From an uncultured Enterobacteriaceae bacterium (GTDB taxonomy: Bacteria; Pseudomonadota; Gammaproteobacteria; Eutrophobiales; Eutrophobiaceae), in the NCBI GenBank assembly GCA_964402775.1, contig CAYOEQ010000001.1, positions 1 to 56,737 on the forward strand: a stretch of 56,737 nt of DNA. Reading direction: 5' to 3'. Below, piece after piece: positions 34,099 through 43,707 of the stretch (the first letter of the stretch is position 1; each line of letters starts with the position of its first letter). The position numbers and the translations under genes are program-made. Below the pieces are notes generated by a model. That model worked only from the letters and a program-made list of their open reading frames with translations, did not search any database and had not been told where the DNA came from.

Positions 34099-34164
34099 CG
34101 GCCATGTCATAACAATGTCTAAATAGAATAAACCCAACATTCACTACTCCCGCAACCAGACTAC

Positions 34165-34950
34165 ATGATTTCAAAAGACTCGAAAGACTTCATCGGCTCA
34201 ATCGCACGCTGCATGAAAGTCATCACGGCGTTTGACGCTGAAGATGTTGAAATGTCTCCCGCGGACGTGGCCGCGAAAACCGGCCTGACGCGGGCGACAT
34301 CCAGGAGGATATTGCTGACCCTGACTTCCCTCGGGTATGTGGCCAGCGACGGCAAGTGGTTCCGGTTGTCGCCAAAAATGCTCGACCTGGGTTTTTCTTA
34401 CCTGGCTTCCATGCAGATTGGCGAGGTGGTCCAGCCGATTATCAATGCCGCGAGCAAGAAGGTTGGAGAAACCTGCGCGATCTCGGTGCTGGATGGCCAG
34501 GATATTGTCAGTATAGCCCACAGCTCGTTCGATCGTTTCGACCAGGTGACGTTTTATCCCGGGACACATATGCCGGCCTGTATCTCGGCTGCCGGGAGGG
34601 TGATGCTGGCGCACCAGGACACGGAAAAACTCGATGCGTATCTGGGGAATGTCAGGCTCAAGCGCTACACGCCGAAGTCGATTGCCACCAGAACGGATTT
34701 AATCAAGGAACTGGAACAGGTAAGGCGGCAGGGATATGCCCGTGTTGACGGAGAACTCGAAGTCGGCCTGTATACGCTGGCAACGCCGATTTTCAACGTT
34801 GCAAAACTTCCCATTGCCGCAGTTACTTTCGGCGGCAATGTTGCCCGCATCAACGATGAGAATATCGATAACTACCTGCCTGAATTATTCAATGTAGCGC
34901 AGAGGATAGGCCAGTTGCTGCCCAACAACCATTCACATTGGATTTGGTGA
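34165..34950 (+). CDS. IclR-family transcriptional regulator
   Basis: 261 aa. N-terminal wHTH (SPADVAAKTGLTRATSRRILLTLTSLGYV) plus an IclR effector domain. Confidence 0.85.
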   Translation: MISKDSKDFIGSIARCMKVITAFDAEDVEMSPADVAAKTGLTRATSRRILLTLTSLGYVASDGKWFRLSPKMLDLGFSYLASMQIGEVVQPIINAASKKVGETCAISVLDGQDIVSIAHSSFDRFDQVTFYPGTHMPACISAAGRVMLAHQDTEKLDAYLGNVRLKRYTPKSIATRTDLIKELEQVRRQGYARVDGELEVGLYTLATPIFNVAKLPIAAVTFGGNVARINDENIDNYLPELFNVAQRIGQLLPNNHSHWIW

Positions 34951-34953
34951 GAT

Positions 34954-36102
34954 ATGAGGACTGACAAATTATTCCTGGGGGTAGCTACCGGCAAGTTTAT
35001 CAGTGTGCTCGGCCTGCTGTTGATGCCGGTGCAGATCGGGGCCATGATCGACGGCCTGGGCCTGGGGGAGGCCGCAATCGGTTTTCTGGCGACACTGGAA
35101 TTTTCCGCGCTGGGGGCCGGTCTCATATTCGTTGCGATAAACCCCTTGAAAACGTCGGCGCTGAGGTACGCGCTGATTGGCGCTGCCTTGATAATAGCAG
35201 GCCAGATAGCCTCTGCACTGGTTACCGGGTACGGCGTTTTGACGGCGTTGCGTTGTCTCGTCGGTTTTGGCGCGGGTCTCGCCAATGCGGCGGCAACGGT
35301 GACTATTGCGGCGAATTTCAGGGAGCCCGAGCGTACCGCCGGCTATGCGTTCGGACTGGTCTACCTGGTAGGCGGCGCGCTCTACCTGGCGTCACCGTAT
35401 ATGACCGGATACGGGTATCATAAAGGCGTTTTCCTGAGCCTGGCAGTCGTCGTTGTGGTGTGCATACCGTTACTTTTTGCCTTGCCCGATACACCGCTGG
35501 AGAAGAAAAAAAGGGCCGCCGCCGGACCGGATGCCATATTAAGCACAGCCGCTTTTCTACTGTTTACCGCCGAGGTGTTCCTGATGATCGGTATGGGCGC
35601 GGCCTGGGCCTTCGGCGAACGCATGGGACTGGCCGTCAACCTGACAACCCATGAGATCGGGTTTTATTTTGCCTGCACCATGATTGCCTCCATTGCCGGC
35701 TCGTTGTTTGCGGGCTGGCTGGGCACGCGCTACGGCAGGACGTTGCCTTTCGTCGTCTGTACGGTACTGGTCGCCATCTGTTGCTATTTCATGGCTAATC
35801 CCGGTATCGCCCTGGTCTATGTAATCTGCCTGCTGAGTTTCCAGGTGTTCCAGGCGTTGTTCATCCCGTTTTTGATCGGGACGGGCGCGGCCCTGGAAAG
35901 CAGCGGGCGCCTGTCCGCCGCCGTGGTGGCGGTAGAGATCTTCAGTTTCGGCGCCGGTGGGGTTGCAGGCGGCGTGGTAGTCGAGGCATTCGGCCTGGCG
36001 GCAGTGGGCTGGCTGGCGGCCCTGGGCGGTATCGTCGCAATCCCGCTGCTCATCATGGTCTGCCTGCCCCTGGACCGGCAACAGCGTTCCGGGTTCGCTT
36101 AA
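34954..36102 (+). CDS. MFS transporter
   Basis: 382 aa, about 12 hydrophobic segments. Starts 3 nt after the IclR stop. Confidence 0.8.
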   Translation: MRTDKLFLGVATGKFISVLGLLLMPVQIGAMIDGLGLGEAAIGFLATLEFSALGAGLIFVAINPLKTSALRYALIGAALIIAGQIASALVTGYGVLTALRCLVGFGAGLANAAATVTIAANFREPERTAGYAFGLVYLVGGALYLASPYMTGYGYHKGVFLSLAVVVVVCIPLLFALPDTPLEKKKRAAAGPDAILSTAAFLLFTAEVFLMIGMGAAWAFGERMGLAVNLTTHEIGFYFACTMIASIAGSLFAGWLGTRYGRTLPFVVCTVLVAICCYFMANPGIALVYVICLLSFQVFQALFIPFLIGTGAALESSGRLSAAVVAVEIFSFGAGGVAGGVVVEAFGLAAVGWLAALGGIVAIPLLIMVCLPLDRQQRSGFA

Positions 36103-37264
36103 ACATGTGGAAAAACAGGCAGTAACTGAACAATAACAGGATTATGCTGACATAGATGGCATTGGCGTACCGGTTGCCGACGATCACCAGCCCTGCCAGT
36201 ACCGGGCCTGCCGAAAGGCCGATGCCCTGTAACACGGGCAACAGAACAACGGTGCGTCCGGTTCGATCAAGACTGGCTATCCAGCCGTTCTGAAAAGGGA
36301 TAACAAAACTGTAAAAGAAGTTATAGACACATAACGCAGCCAGATACATCGCGGCGGACGGATTTCGTCCAATAGCGGCCAGGGCCAAGAACAACAGCGC
36401 GTAACCGGATGAAATTGCCGCGATGCGTTTTATCCTGCCGGCAAGCCAGGCAGGAACCAGGGCGCCGGTAAAACTGAACAGCAGGGAGACGGCCAGGGTG
36501 AATGCAATGAAATCTGCGGCAAAACCTTCGGCATCTCCCAACCGTTCCATGAATGACCAGATACTGTTCATGGATGCAAAGAATAATCCGACAGCCAGCA
36601 ACCCGATTAACGCGGCGGGGGGTATCGCATCAGGCACACTATTCAAATCACGACCGCCACCCGGGAGTACGGTTAAAGGATTGGCGCGTGGTGCGGCGTG
36701 GAGGCATATAAGGGGCAACAGCGCCACCAGCCCGGTCATGATAAAAACAGCTTCTGCTCCCCATGCCGCCCAGATATGAGATGCGCCGTACAGGCACAAC
36801 GCACCCAGGAACACCTGCAACGTCATGGCATAGGCAAACTCCCGGTCAGGGTTGTCCGAAGCGCTGATGGTGGCGTACATGAACGCGCTCATCATCCCTG
36901 CGCCCCATCCGGCCAGGTAGCGGCATGCAAGCAGCGCCGCATAACTTTCCGCCACGCCGCACAACAGGTTGGGGATGACGGTAAACAACACGGCGAGGGG
37001 AAACACCCTGCGCCAGTAGCAGCGATGTATCCAGTAGCGGGCGGTGAACGAAGCGATGGTGCTCGCCGTCATGTCCGCCGATAACAGCAGGCCGACCTGT
37101 TTAGTGTTAAAACCGTATGCTTCGGTGAATATACCGGCCCAGACGGGCAGTAAATAATAGACTACCAGGCTTGCCGCAAAAATCAGGTAGGTCAGCCAGC
37201 GGGTCGCGGGGGCGCTGACATCAACAGGTTCAGGATCGCGGTAATCTTTGGGTAAAAAGATCAA
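36053..37264 (-). CDS. MFS transporter
   Basis: 403 aa, multi-TM. Its 3' end overlaps the convergent MFS gene by 50 nt. Confidence 0.8.
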   Translation of the reverse strand: MIFLPKDYRDPEPVDVSAPATRWLTYLIFAASLVVYYLLPVWAGIFTEAYGFNTKQVGLLLSADMTASTIASFTARYWIHRCYWRRVFPLAVLFTVIPNLLCGVAESYAALLACRYLAGWGAGMMSAFMYATISASDNPDREFAYAMTLQVFLGALCLYGASHIWAAWGAEAVFIMTGLVALLPLICLHAAPRANPLTVLPGGGRDLNSVPDAIPPAALIGLLAVGLFFASMNSIWSFMERLGDAEGFAADFIAFTLAVSLLFSFTGALVPAWLAGRIKRIAAISSGYALLFLALAAIGRNPSAAMYLAALCVYNFFYSFVIPFQNGWIASLDRTGRTVVLLPVLQGIGLSAGPVLAGLVIVGNRYANAIYVSIILLLFSYCLFFHMFKRTRNAVAGPGAGRP

Positions 37265-37307
37265 GCAACCTTTCCCTCACCTCTCGCCAATATCATAATC
37301 ACTACAT

Positions 37308-38525
37308 CTACTCGCTTAATTTATCCAGATACCAGCGGGTGAATTCACGATTCATCACTTCCTGCCCGGAATAGGGTCCCGGTTGATAGTGGGAGGATAA
37401 GATCCCTGCCTGGTTATTTTCCGTGATTATCGCATCCTGTTTTAACGTGACGTCCCATACCCAGGACACGCGCTCAGGTACATAATCCACCCCTTCTTCT
37501 GCGCCAGCATCCACCAGCCACGTGGCTTCCACATCCGTGAGCAGTTCAGATATGGGGGTAAAACGTAATAGCACGGCATGGTCATTGGATGCGAGCAGGT
37601 AGTTAAAATAATTGAACGCCACATAGGTCACACCCCCGTCGTACTCCCTGAACTTCCCCATCAAAGTCGAAACGGGCCGGCCATCCTGACTTTCGGTTAA
37701 AAATCCTTCCTTGATTGGCATCCGGGTCATCCCCGCGCCATGATCGAAGGTACCCTCCGGACAGGGATGTCCTAATGCCTCAACCTGAGTCTTCCAGGCG
37801 TCGAGTTCCACCGCATAGTCCCGGCATGCGGCTTCGGGTCCGGAGCCCATACCCGCACCGGCAGCCAGCAATTTCAGTTCCGAATGCACGGAGCAGTATT
37901 CCGGGTGAGCCGGGACGCAGTGATAACATTCGATAAAATTCTCCACCACCAGTTTCCAGTTGGCGCGGGTCGGCAGGTCCAGCCGCCGTGCGATCTTTGC
38001 ATTTTCCATTCCGTGAAAGGACAGGTATTCACGACACGCATCGTCCAGGCCGTCAGGTTCGTCAGGTTCATCCCCCGGGGACACAAAAATCAGGCCGCCA
38101 AGCACCTTGATGCGGCAGGCGTGCAGGCCGTACCCTTCCGCGGAAAAACCTTCGGGCATCAAGCGCGCGCTGCGCAGGCTACCGTCCAGGTTATAGGTCC
38201 AGGCATGGTAGGGACAGACCAGCGCGGATTTTCTCCCCTCACTGTCCAGACATACCCTTGAACCCCGGTGGCGGCAGACATTGTAGTGGGCATGGATGTC
38301 GCCGTCCCTGCCGCGTACGATAATGATTTCTTCCCCGCAGATCCTGAACAGGAAATAATCCCCGGCGGCAGGAATCCTGGAAACATGGCCGGCCAGGTGC
38401 CATAACCGGTCCAGGACCCTTTCGCGATCGAGTGAAAATACGTCCGGGTCACCGTAAAAGGGCTGTTGCAGCGTATGGCCGGCTACATGGCTGTCGACCA
38501 GGTCCTGTATGTTTACCCCTGGCAT
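37308..38525 (-). CDS. Rieske [2Fe-2S] non-heme-iron oxygenase, alpha-subunit-only type (GbcA/CntA/Stc2-like)
   Basis: Rieske motif CRHRGSRVC-x15-CPYHAW and mononuclear iron motif NFIECYHCVPAHPEY. 405 aa. No beta subunit or reductase gene is adjacent. Confidence 0.88.
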   Translation of the reverse strand: MPGVNIQDLVDSHVAGHTLQQPFYGDPDVFSLDRERVLDRLWHLAGHVSRIPAAGDYFLFRICGEEIIIVRGRDGDIHAHYNVCRHRGSRVCLDSEGRKSALVCPYHAWTYNLDGSLRSARLMPEGFSAEGYGLHACRIKVLGGLIFVSPGDEPDEPDGLDDACREYLSFHGMENAKIARRLDLPTRANWKLVVENFIECYHCVPAHPEYCSVHSELKLLAAGAGMGSGPEAACRDYAVELDAWKTQVEALGHPCPEGTFDHGAGMTRMPIKEGFLTESQDGRPVSTLMGKFREYDGGVTYVAFNYFNYLLASNDHAVLLRFTPISELLTDVEATWLVDAGAEEGVDYVPERVSWVWDVTLKQDAIITENNQAGILSSHYQPGPYSGQEVMNREFTRWYLDKLSE

Positions 38526-38531
38526 ACGGGT

Positions 38532-39911
38532 TTAACCTGCGCGCTTGTTGAAATCCTGTTGCGCTTTATCAAACACAACCACCAGGATACCCGCCAATTC
38601 ATCGACGTTCTCCTTGCTGAACACAAGAGGCGGAGAGATGATCAGGTTTGAGCCGACGTTCCGGATCAGCAAGCCCTCCCGGCGCGTCAGTTCCTGGAGA
38701 AGGTCAAGAAAAGGATCGCCCGGCATAAAGGATTCTTTTGATGTCTTATCCGTGACCAGTTCAATGGCCATCATCAGGCCCTTTCCCCTGATGTCACCGA
38801 CAAAATCATAATGAGCCAGTTCGTTTTTCAGCTTCGCGAGACAGTAGCTGCCCACCCGCGCGGCATTTGCCGGCAAATCCTCATCTTCCACAATCTGCAG
38901 GGCGGCATTGGCCGCCGCGCAGGCGAGCGGATGACCCGAATAGGTGTAGCCGTGCAGGATGGCGGCCAGCGGGTGCTCGGAATCCCAGGCCTGGCGCACG
39001 CGTTCATTGACCACCGTCGCGCCCAGCGGGATGTAACCGGAGTTGATGCCCTTTGCCAGGCACATGATGTCGGGTTTGACGCCCCAGCCGCGGCAGCCGA
39101 ACATGCTGCCGCTGCGGCCGAACCCCGTCACGACCTCGTCGGCAATGAGCAATACGCCGTACTTGTCGCAGACTTCCCTGACCAGCGGCCAGTAGTTGTC
39201 CGGCGGTACGATCACGCCGCCGGCGCCCTGTACCGGTTCGGCAATGAACGCGGCAACCGTATGAGGGCCCTGGTGCAGGATCTCCCGCTCCAGCAGGTCG
39301 GCACAGATCTTGCCCAGTTCCTCGGGATCATCCGACCAGGGGTTGCGGTACAGCCAGGGGGTATCGACCTGGAAACAGCCGGGCAGCACCGGTTCGTACA
39401 TGGAACGGAGAAACATCTGGCCGCCGATGGACGTGCCGCCGAAATGCACTCCGTGATAACCCTGTTTCAGCGAGATGAATTTTGAGCGTTGCGCTTCGCC
39501 GGACAGTTTCCAGTATTGGCGCGCCAGTTTCAGCGCGGTCTCGTTCGCATCCGAACCCCCGGAACTGAAGAAGGCCCGGCGCATGTCCTCCGGCGCAAGC
39601 ATCCGTACAAGCCGCTCCGCAAGTTCGATGACGGGCAGGTTGCTGGTGTCGCCGAATGTGGTGTAGTAAGGAAGTTTTTCCAGTTGGGCATTGATGGCCT
39701 GCTTCACCTCTTCACGCCCGTGTCCGACATTGACACACCATAAGCCGCCCTGTGAATCCAGGTACTGCTTCCCTTCAGTGTCATAGATATAAACGCCTTC
39801 GGCGCGCTCGAATACCAGGGGCGATGACTGTTCTGCCGCTCTGGGATCGGCCATCGGGTGCCAGTGGTGGGCCGGTGGTTGTTGGAGTTTCAGTTTTGCG
39901 ATATTTTCCAT
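38532..39911 (-). CDS. class-III (omega-) aminotransferase
   Basis: 459 aa. Motifs GGSDANETALKLAR, LLIADEVVTGFGRSG and CLAKGINSGYIPLG (PLP Lys). Confidence 0.9.
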   Translation of the reverse strand: MENIAKLKLQQPPAHHWHPMADPRAAEQSSPLVFERAEGVYIYDTEGKQYLDSQGGLWCVNVGHGREEVKQAINAQLEKLPYYTTFGDTSNLPVIELAERLVRMLAPEDMRRAFFSSGGSDANETALKLARQYWKLSGEAQRSKFISLKQGYHGVHFGGTSIGGQMFLRSMYEPVLPGCFQVDTPWLYRNPWSDDPEELGKICADLLEREILHQGPHTVAAFIAEPVQGAGGVIVPPDNYWPLVREVCDKYGVLLIADEVVTGFGRSGSMFGCRGWGVKPDIMCLAKGINSGYIPLGATVVNERVRQAWDSEHPLAAILHGYTYSGHPLACAAANAALQIVEDEDLPANAARVGSYCLAKLKNELAHYDFVGDIRGKGLMMAIELVTDKTSKESFMPGDPFLDLLQELTRREGLLIRNVGSNLIISPPLVFSKENVDELAGILVVVFDKAQQDFNKRAG

Positions 39912-39931
39912 TTTGATTCACCTTGCGTAGT

Positions 39932-41554
39932 TCAGGATGATACGTGTTGATCGGCTATACGCTTCACGGCGTCGACCGCGTTCTGCTTCAGCCTGCGTTT
40001 ATCGGGTTTGTTGTTGGGCAGCAACGGCAATGACGTTTCTATTGCGATATGCTTCGGGATCTTGTAATTGGCGAGATACTGCCGGCAATGATCCACCAGG
40101 GATTGCTCGTCAACGGACCGTCCCGGGGTCAGGGTTACGAATGCGTAACCGGCTTCACCATAGATCGGATCGGGCGCGCCTACAACACAGGACAGGACAG
40201 TCGCCGGGTGAGATTCGAGTACCTGTTCGATTTCCTTCGGGTAGACGTTATAGCCGCCGGACTTGTACATATCGGATAACCGTCCGGCCAGTACGACATT
40301 ACCGTCGTCGCGTTCTACGGCCACATCTCTGGTATGCAGCCAGCCTGCTTTATCGATGGCCTGCGCGGTCGCTTCCGGTAAGCGCCAGTATTCTTTCATG
40401 AGAAACGGACCGCGCAGGAGAATTTCACCCGGTTCGCCTTTTTGCACTTCCCTGCCGTGTTCATCAACCAGGCGAAATTCGCAATCATCAAGGGGCTTGC
40501 CGATACTTTCCGCCAGCAGTTCGATATTATCCGTAGAGGGGATGGCCGTCGCCGCGCCGGCGGCTTCCGTCAGGGCGTACATGGTGGTGACAGCGGGGCA
40601 TATGTCCCTTACCAGGCGTTCCAGTAACGGTTTCGATACGGCGCCTCCGCTGACGGAGATTTCTCTGATGGATGATAAGTCCGTAGCGGTAAAACCGGGG
40701 TGATCCAGCACCTTTTGCAACATGACAGGCACACCGCCCCAGACACTGATGCGTTTTCCCTCAATTGTCCTGAGCGCCACTTCGGGGTCGAACTTTTCCA
40801 GGTAATGACCTGTGCCGCCGGTAACCAGACAGTACACCGAACAGGCGATGATCCCGGCAATATGATTGATGGGATAAGCGTTAATCATTCTGACAGCGCC
40901 GGATGAACGGAGCGACATTTGTACATGTGCGTGGCGGATGGCGCCGTAGTGATGCAACACGGCCCCTTTCGGCTTACCCGTCGTCCCGGACGTATAAACA
41001 AGAAAAGCCGCATCCATACTCGTGACGCGACTTTGTGCCCCGGCAAGGACGTCATCGCCGATTTTGTCACTGTTCAGAAGAAAATCGTTATATGTACAGG
41101 CAGGCGCGCGGGCAGACCCGTCGCCAAGCCCGATGACGCGCTCGACACTCCCCACCCTGTTACTGACGTCCAGCATCTCCTCCAGGTATTGCCGATTGCC
41201 AATCCGGTTCCTGGTAAAAATGAGCGACGGTTCTGAATCGGTAATCACGTGTTCCAGTTCCGCGCGGCTGTAACGTGGGTTCAGACCCAGCCAGATACCG
41301 CCGATCGCCGTCGTCGCCAGCAAAATAATGAAGTAATCCGGATGCGGTGGGGAGAGTGTCGCCACCCGGTCCCCTTTTCCGATGCCGAGCGCCAGCAATG
41401 CCCGGGCGCAGTCTTTCACGCGATCAAGCAGGGCAGCATACGAGAGCATGTCATCCCCGATACCAACAGCCTCCTTCTCCGGTGTTTCACCGGCATGGTG
41501 ATAAAGGTAATCGATGATACGTTTATCTTTAAACTGTGCCGGATCGACTTTCAT
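39932..41554 (-). CDS. AMP-dependent acyl-CoA synthetase/ligase
   Basis: Motifs LVYTSGTTGKPKGAVLHH and GWLHTRDVAVERDDGNVVLAGRLSDMYKSGGYNVYPKEIE. 540 aa. Confidence 0.9.
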   Translation of the reverse strand: MKVDPAQFKDKRIIDYLYHHAGETPEKEAVGIGDDMLSYAALLDRVKDCARALLALGIGKGDRVATLSPPHPDYFIILLATTAIGGIWLGLNPRYSRAELEHVITDSEPSLIFTRNRIGNRQYLEEMLDVSNRVGSVERVIGLGDGSARAPACTYNDFLLNSDKIGDDVLAGAQSRVTSMDAAFLVYTSGTTGKPKGAVLHHYGAIRHAHVQMSLRSSGAVRMINAYPINHIAGIIACSVYCLVTGGTGHYLEKFDPEVALRTIEGKRISVWGGVPVMLQKVLDHPGFTATDLSSIREISVSGGAVSKPLLERLVRDICPAVTTMYALTEAAGAATAIPSTDNIELLAESIGKPLDDCEFRLVDEHGREVQKGEPGEILLRGPFLMKEYWRLPEATAQAIDKAGWLHTRDVAVERDDGNVVLAGRLSDMYKSGGYNVYPKEIEQVLESHPATVLSCVVGAPDPIYGEAGYAFVTLTPGRSVDEQSLVDHCRQYLANYKIPKHIAIETSLPLLPNNKPDKRRLKQNAVDAVKRIADQHVSS

Positions 41555-41562
41555 GACTGTCG

Positions 41563-43530
41563 TCAGATCAGGCCCAGCGCCTGACGCGCGGCCCGCTCGC
41601 CTTCTTCGATACCGCGTGACCAGAGTTGCTGGCCGGACAGTTCAGAGTGGCCGATGGTGACACGGCCGTAACCCTCCCGGACCACGTCGCGCGGCGCCGG
41701 CGCGCCGTTTTTCCCGAAATAAAATCCCGGTTGCGGCGCGATGTAGGCGTGCCCCCAGCGGTTCAGGACGATCGCGGCGATATCCTGTTTCGCATCGAAC
41801 CCGGCCATGCCGAACAGTTTCTGCATCTGCCGGCGCACCTGGATCTCTATTGAACGGTAACTGCCGGCAAACAACTGGTAGCGGCCCAGTACCGTCTGTT
41901 CCTTGAGCGGCACGCCGGGGCTGAGATACGGGACATAAAAAGTCAATACGGTGGGTTTGGCCGGGTCCAGCGGATCGGCTTTGCCATCGATCACCATTTG
42001 CCGCCGCAGGTTGGTGTACCAGCCGAAGCCGCTGAACCACTGGGCCGCGGAGATCCCCAGGCGCTCCATGAATTGCCAGTTGCGCACTGCCACGTTTACC
42101 GTCAGCATCGGCGCATGGTAGAACTGCGCATAGGCATCCCGGTGCGGCGCCGGCAGGTCACGCAATATATGCCGGTTGACCCAGCCGCCACTGGCCATCA
42201 CGACCGAGCGGGCCCGGACACGGTAGAGCCTGCCGCCCTTGTGGTAAACCACGTTCACGAACTCTGAGCTGTCCGGTGTACCGTTATGCTCTACGTGGAC
42301 GGCCGTTGCATCGAGGCGGATGCGTACCTGTTGTCCGGGCCGGTCGAGGGCCTGCCAGTTCACGTTGCCCCATAACACGTCCTTCAGATCGCTGCCGCCG
42401 GCGATTGAATCCGGGATCATGGCCTTGACAAAATGGCGCGCGGTGCCGGTGTTGCCGCCGGGCCAGCTTACCAGCGAAATCCGGTGGACATCGGCAGGGT
42501 CGATTCCACGCGTCTCGTAATAACGGTCGGTAAATGCACGCGGGCCGGGCAGGTAGAAATCAAACGCCGTGTATGCGGATATCTGGTCACCGCCCAGGCC
42601 ACCCCCCGCCGCGGCAAAAGCCTTGTCGACAAATGGCAGTATTCCGGGTGAACAACCCATTTCCCTGACAACGAAGTCACGGTAAGTCATGGAATCCAGC
42701 CAGGGCTCCCAGTCTTCCCGGTCCGGCGGCGTGTAATAATTTTCCAGCCGTAACAGGTCCTGTCTTACCCTGTCCGTTAACGGCGCATCCCTGAAATCGT
42801 TCACCCAGGGATTAATTATCCATTCTCCGCCCTGGTCATTGTCGAAAAAATAGCCCGTTGTCGCACCGCCCCGGTCACTGTACATGGACGTATAGTGGTC
42901 TGCAGGGACAGCCAACCCGCGCTGACTGCCGGTAACTTCCTGGAATTCAAACGAGTCGGGCAAACCGAGATCGTGCCAGTAACGATGGAACAAGCCGTAT
43001 TTCTCGGCGTATTTCGGCGGCCAGATCATCCCGTTGGAGCCCTGTGGCGCGGTCAGGTGGTAGCCGTCCACCTCGAATTCATTCTGCTTTGCTTCTCCCC
43101 CGAAAATGGAGTGATTGTCCAGCAGCAGGCACGACTGGTTTTTTTCGGCTTCCCTGGTAAAGGTATAGGCGGCCCCCAGACCGGCAAAGCCGCCACCCAC
43201 GATCACCATATCGAATATCTCCCCGCTATCTTCGGCGTCGGGGACCGAGGATTGATAACGGCCGTCCCGAATACCGTGGGCGGCGTTGACGACCTCTGCG
43301 GTGTTGCCGTTGGCGCGGGCGTAGTCGCCGACCCCGCCGTAGCCGGTCCAGTCTTCGCCGACGTGAGGAAGCACAGCCTGGGCAGATGCGGTACGCAACA
43401 AGCCCGGCGCCTGCATACCCAGGAGCGCCGCGCCGCTGCCGATCAGGCCGGTGTTGATAAAATCGCGCCGGGTGATGTCGGCGCCCAGCCCGAGTTCGTC
43501 CAATTCATGGTTGTTCCTGCGTTTATCCAT
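41563..43530 (-). CDS. Tat-exported FAD-dependent amine oxidoreductase (spermidine dehydrogenase SpdH-like; tentative)
   Basis: Start at ATG 43530. Tat motif ITRRDFINTGLIGSGAALLG. FAD dinucleotide fold DMVIVGGGFAGLGAAY. About 655 aa. The SpdH likeness is from memory of that family's architecture and was not searched. Confidence 0.75.
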   Translation of the reverse strand: MDKRRNNHELDELGLGADITRRDFINTGLIGSGAALLGMQAPGLLRTASAQAVLPHVGEDWTGYGGVGDYARANGNTAEVVNAAHGIRDGRYQSSVPDAEDSGEIFDMVIVGGGFAGLGAAYTFTREAEKNQSCLLLDNHSIFGGEAKQNEFEVDGYHLTAPQGSNGMIWPPKYAEKYGLFHRYWHDLGLPDSFEFQEVTGSQRGLAVPADHYTSMYSDRGGATTGYFFDNDQGGEWIINPWVNDFRDAPLTDRVRQDLLRLENYYTPPDREDWEPWLDSMTYRDFVVREMGCSPGILPFVDKAFAAAGGGLGGDQISAYTAFDFYLPGPRAFTDRYYETRGIDPADVHRISLVSWPGGNTGTARHFVKAMIPDSIAGGSDLKDVLWGNVNWQALDRPGQQVRIRLDATAVHVEHNGTPDSSEFVNVVYHKGGRLYRVRARSVVMASGGWVNRHILRDLPAPHRDAYAQFYHAPMLTVNVAVRNWQFMERLGISAAQWFSGFGWYTNLRRQMVIDGKADPLDPAKPTVLTFYVPYLSPGVPLKEQTVLGRYQLFAGSYRSIEIQVRRQMQKLFGMAGFDAKQDIAAIVLNRWGHAYIAPQPGFYFGKNGAPAPRDVVREGYGRVTIGHSELSGQQLWSRGIEEGERAARQALGLI

Positions 43531-43581
43531 CTCTGGTAGACTCCGCGTTGTGTTGCAACAATACAAATCCGCGTGATTTTA

Positions 43582-43610
43582 TTGACACGCTATAACTAAT
43601 TCTATAATAT
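43582..43610 (+). promoter_or_regulatory. candidate sigma70 promoter for TonB receptor D
   Basis: TTGACA-N17-TAATAT (also TTGACA-N15-TATAAT) in an AT-rich divergent region, about 100 nt upstream of the ATG at 43708. Confidence 0.45.
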
Positions 43611-43707
43611 TACGGACGGATAGCGCTCTTTTGTGCGTTATGCGCACTTTTATAGTGTAACAGGTTTTTTTTAATTTTACGAGAAATACACTCGGGGACC
43701 AAACATC

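Noticed and set aside
34099-34164. att-like direct repeats or a tRNA at the islet borders (34099-34164 versus 47739-47926)
   Set aside because: I found no convincing shared stretch of 10 nt or more by eye, no tRNA-like sequence and no integrase. The islet is therefore reported only as a synteny break. A computed repeat search is still needed.
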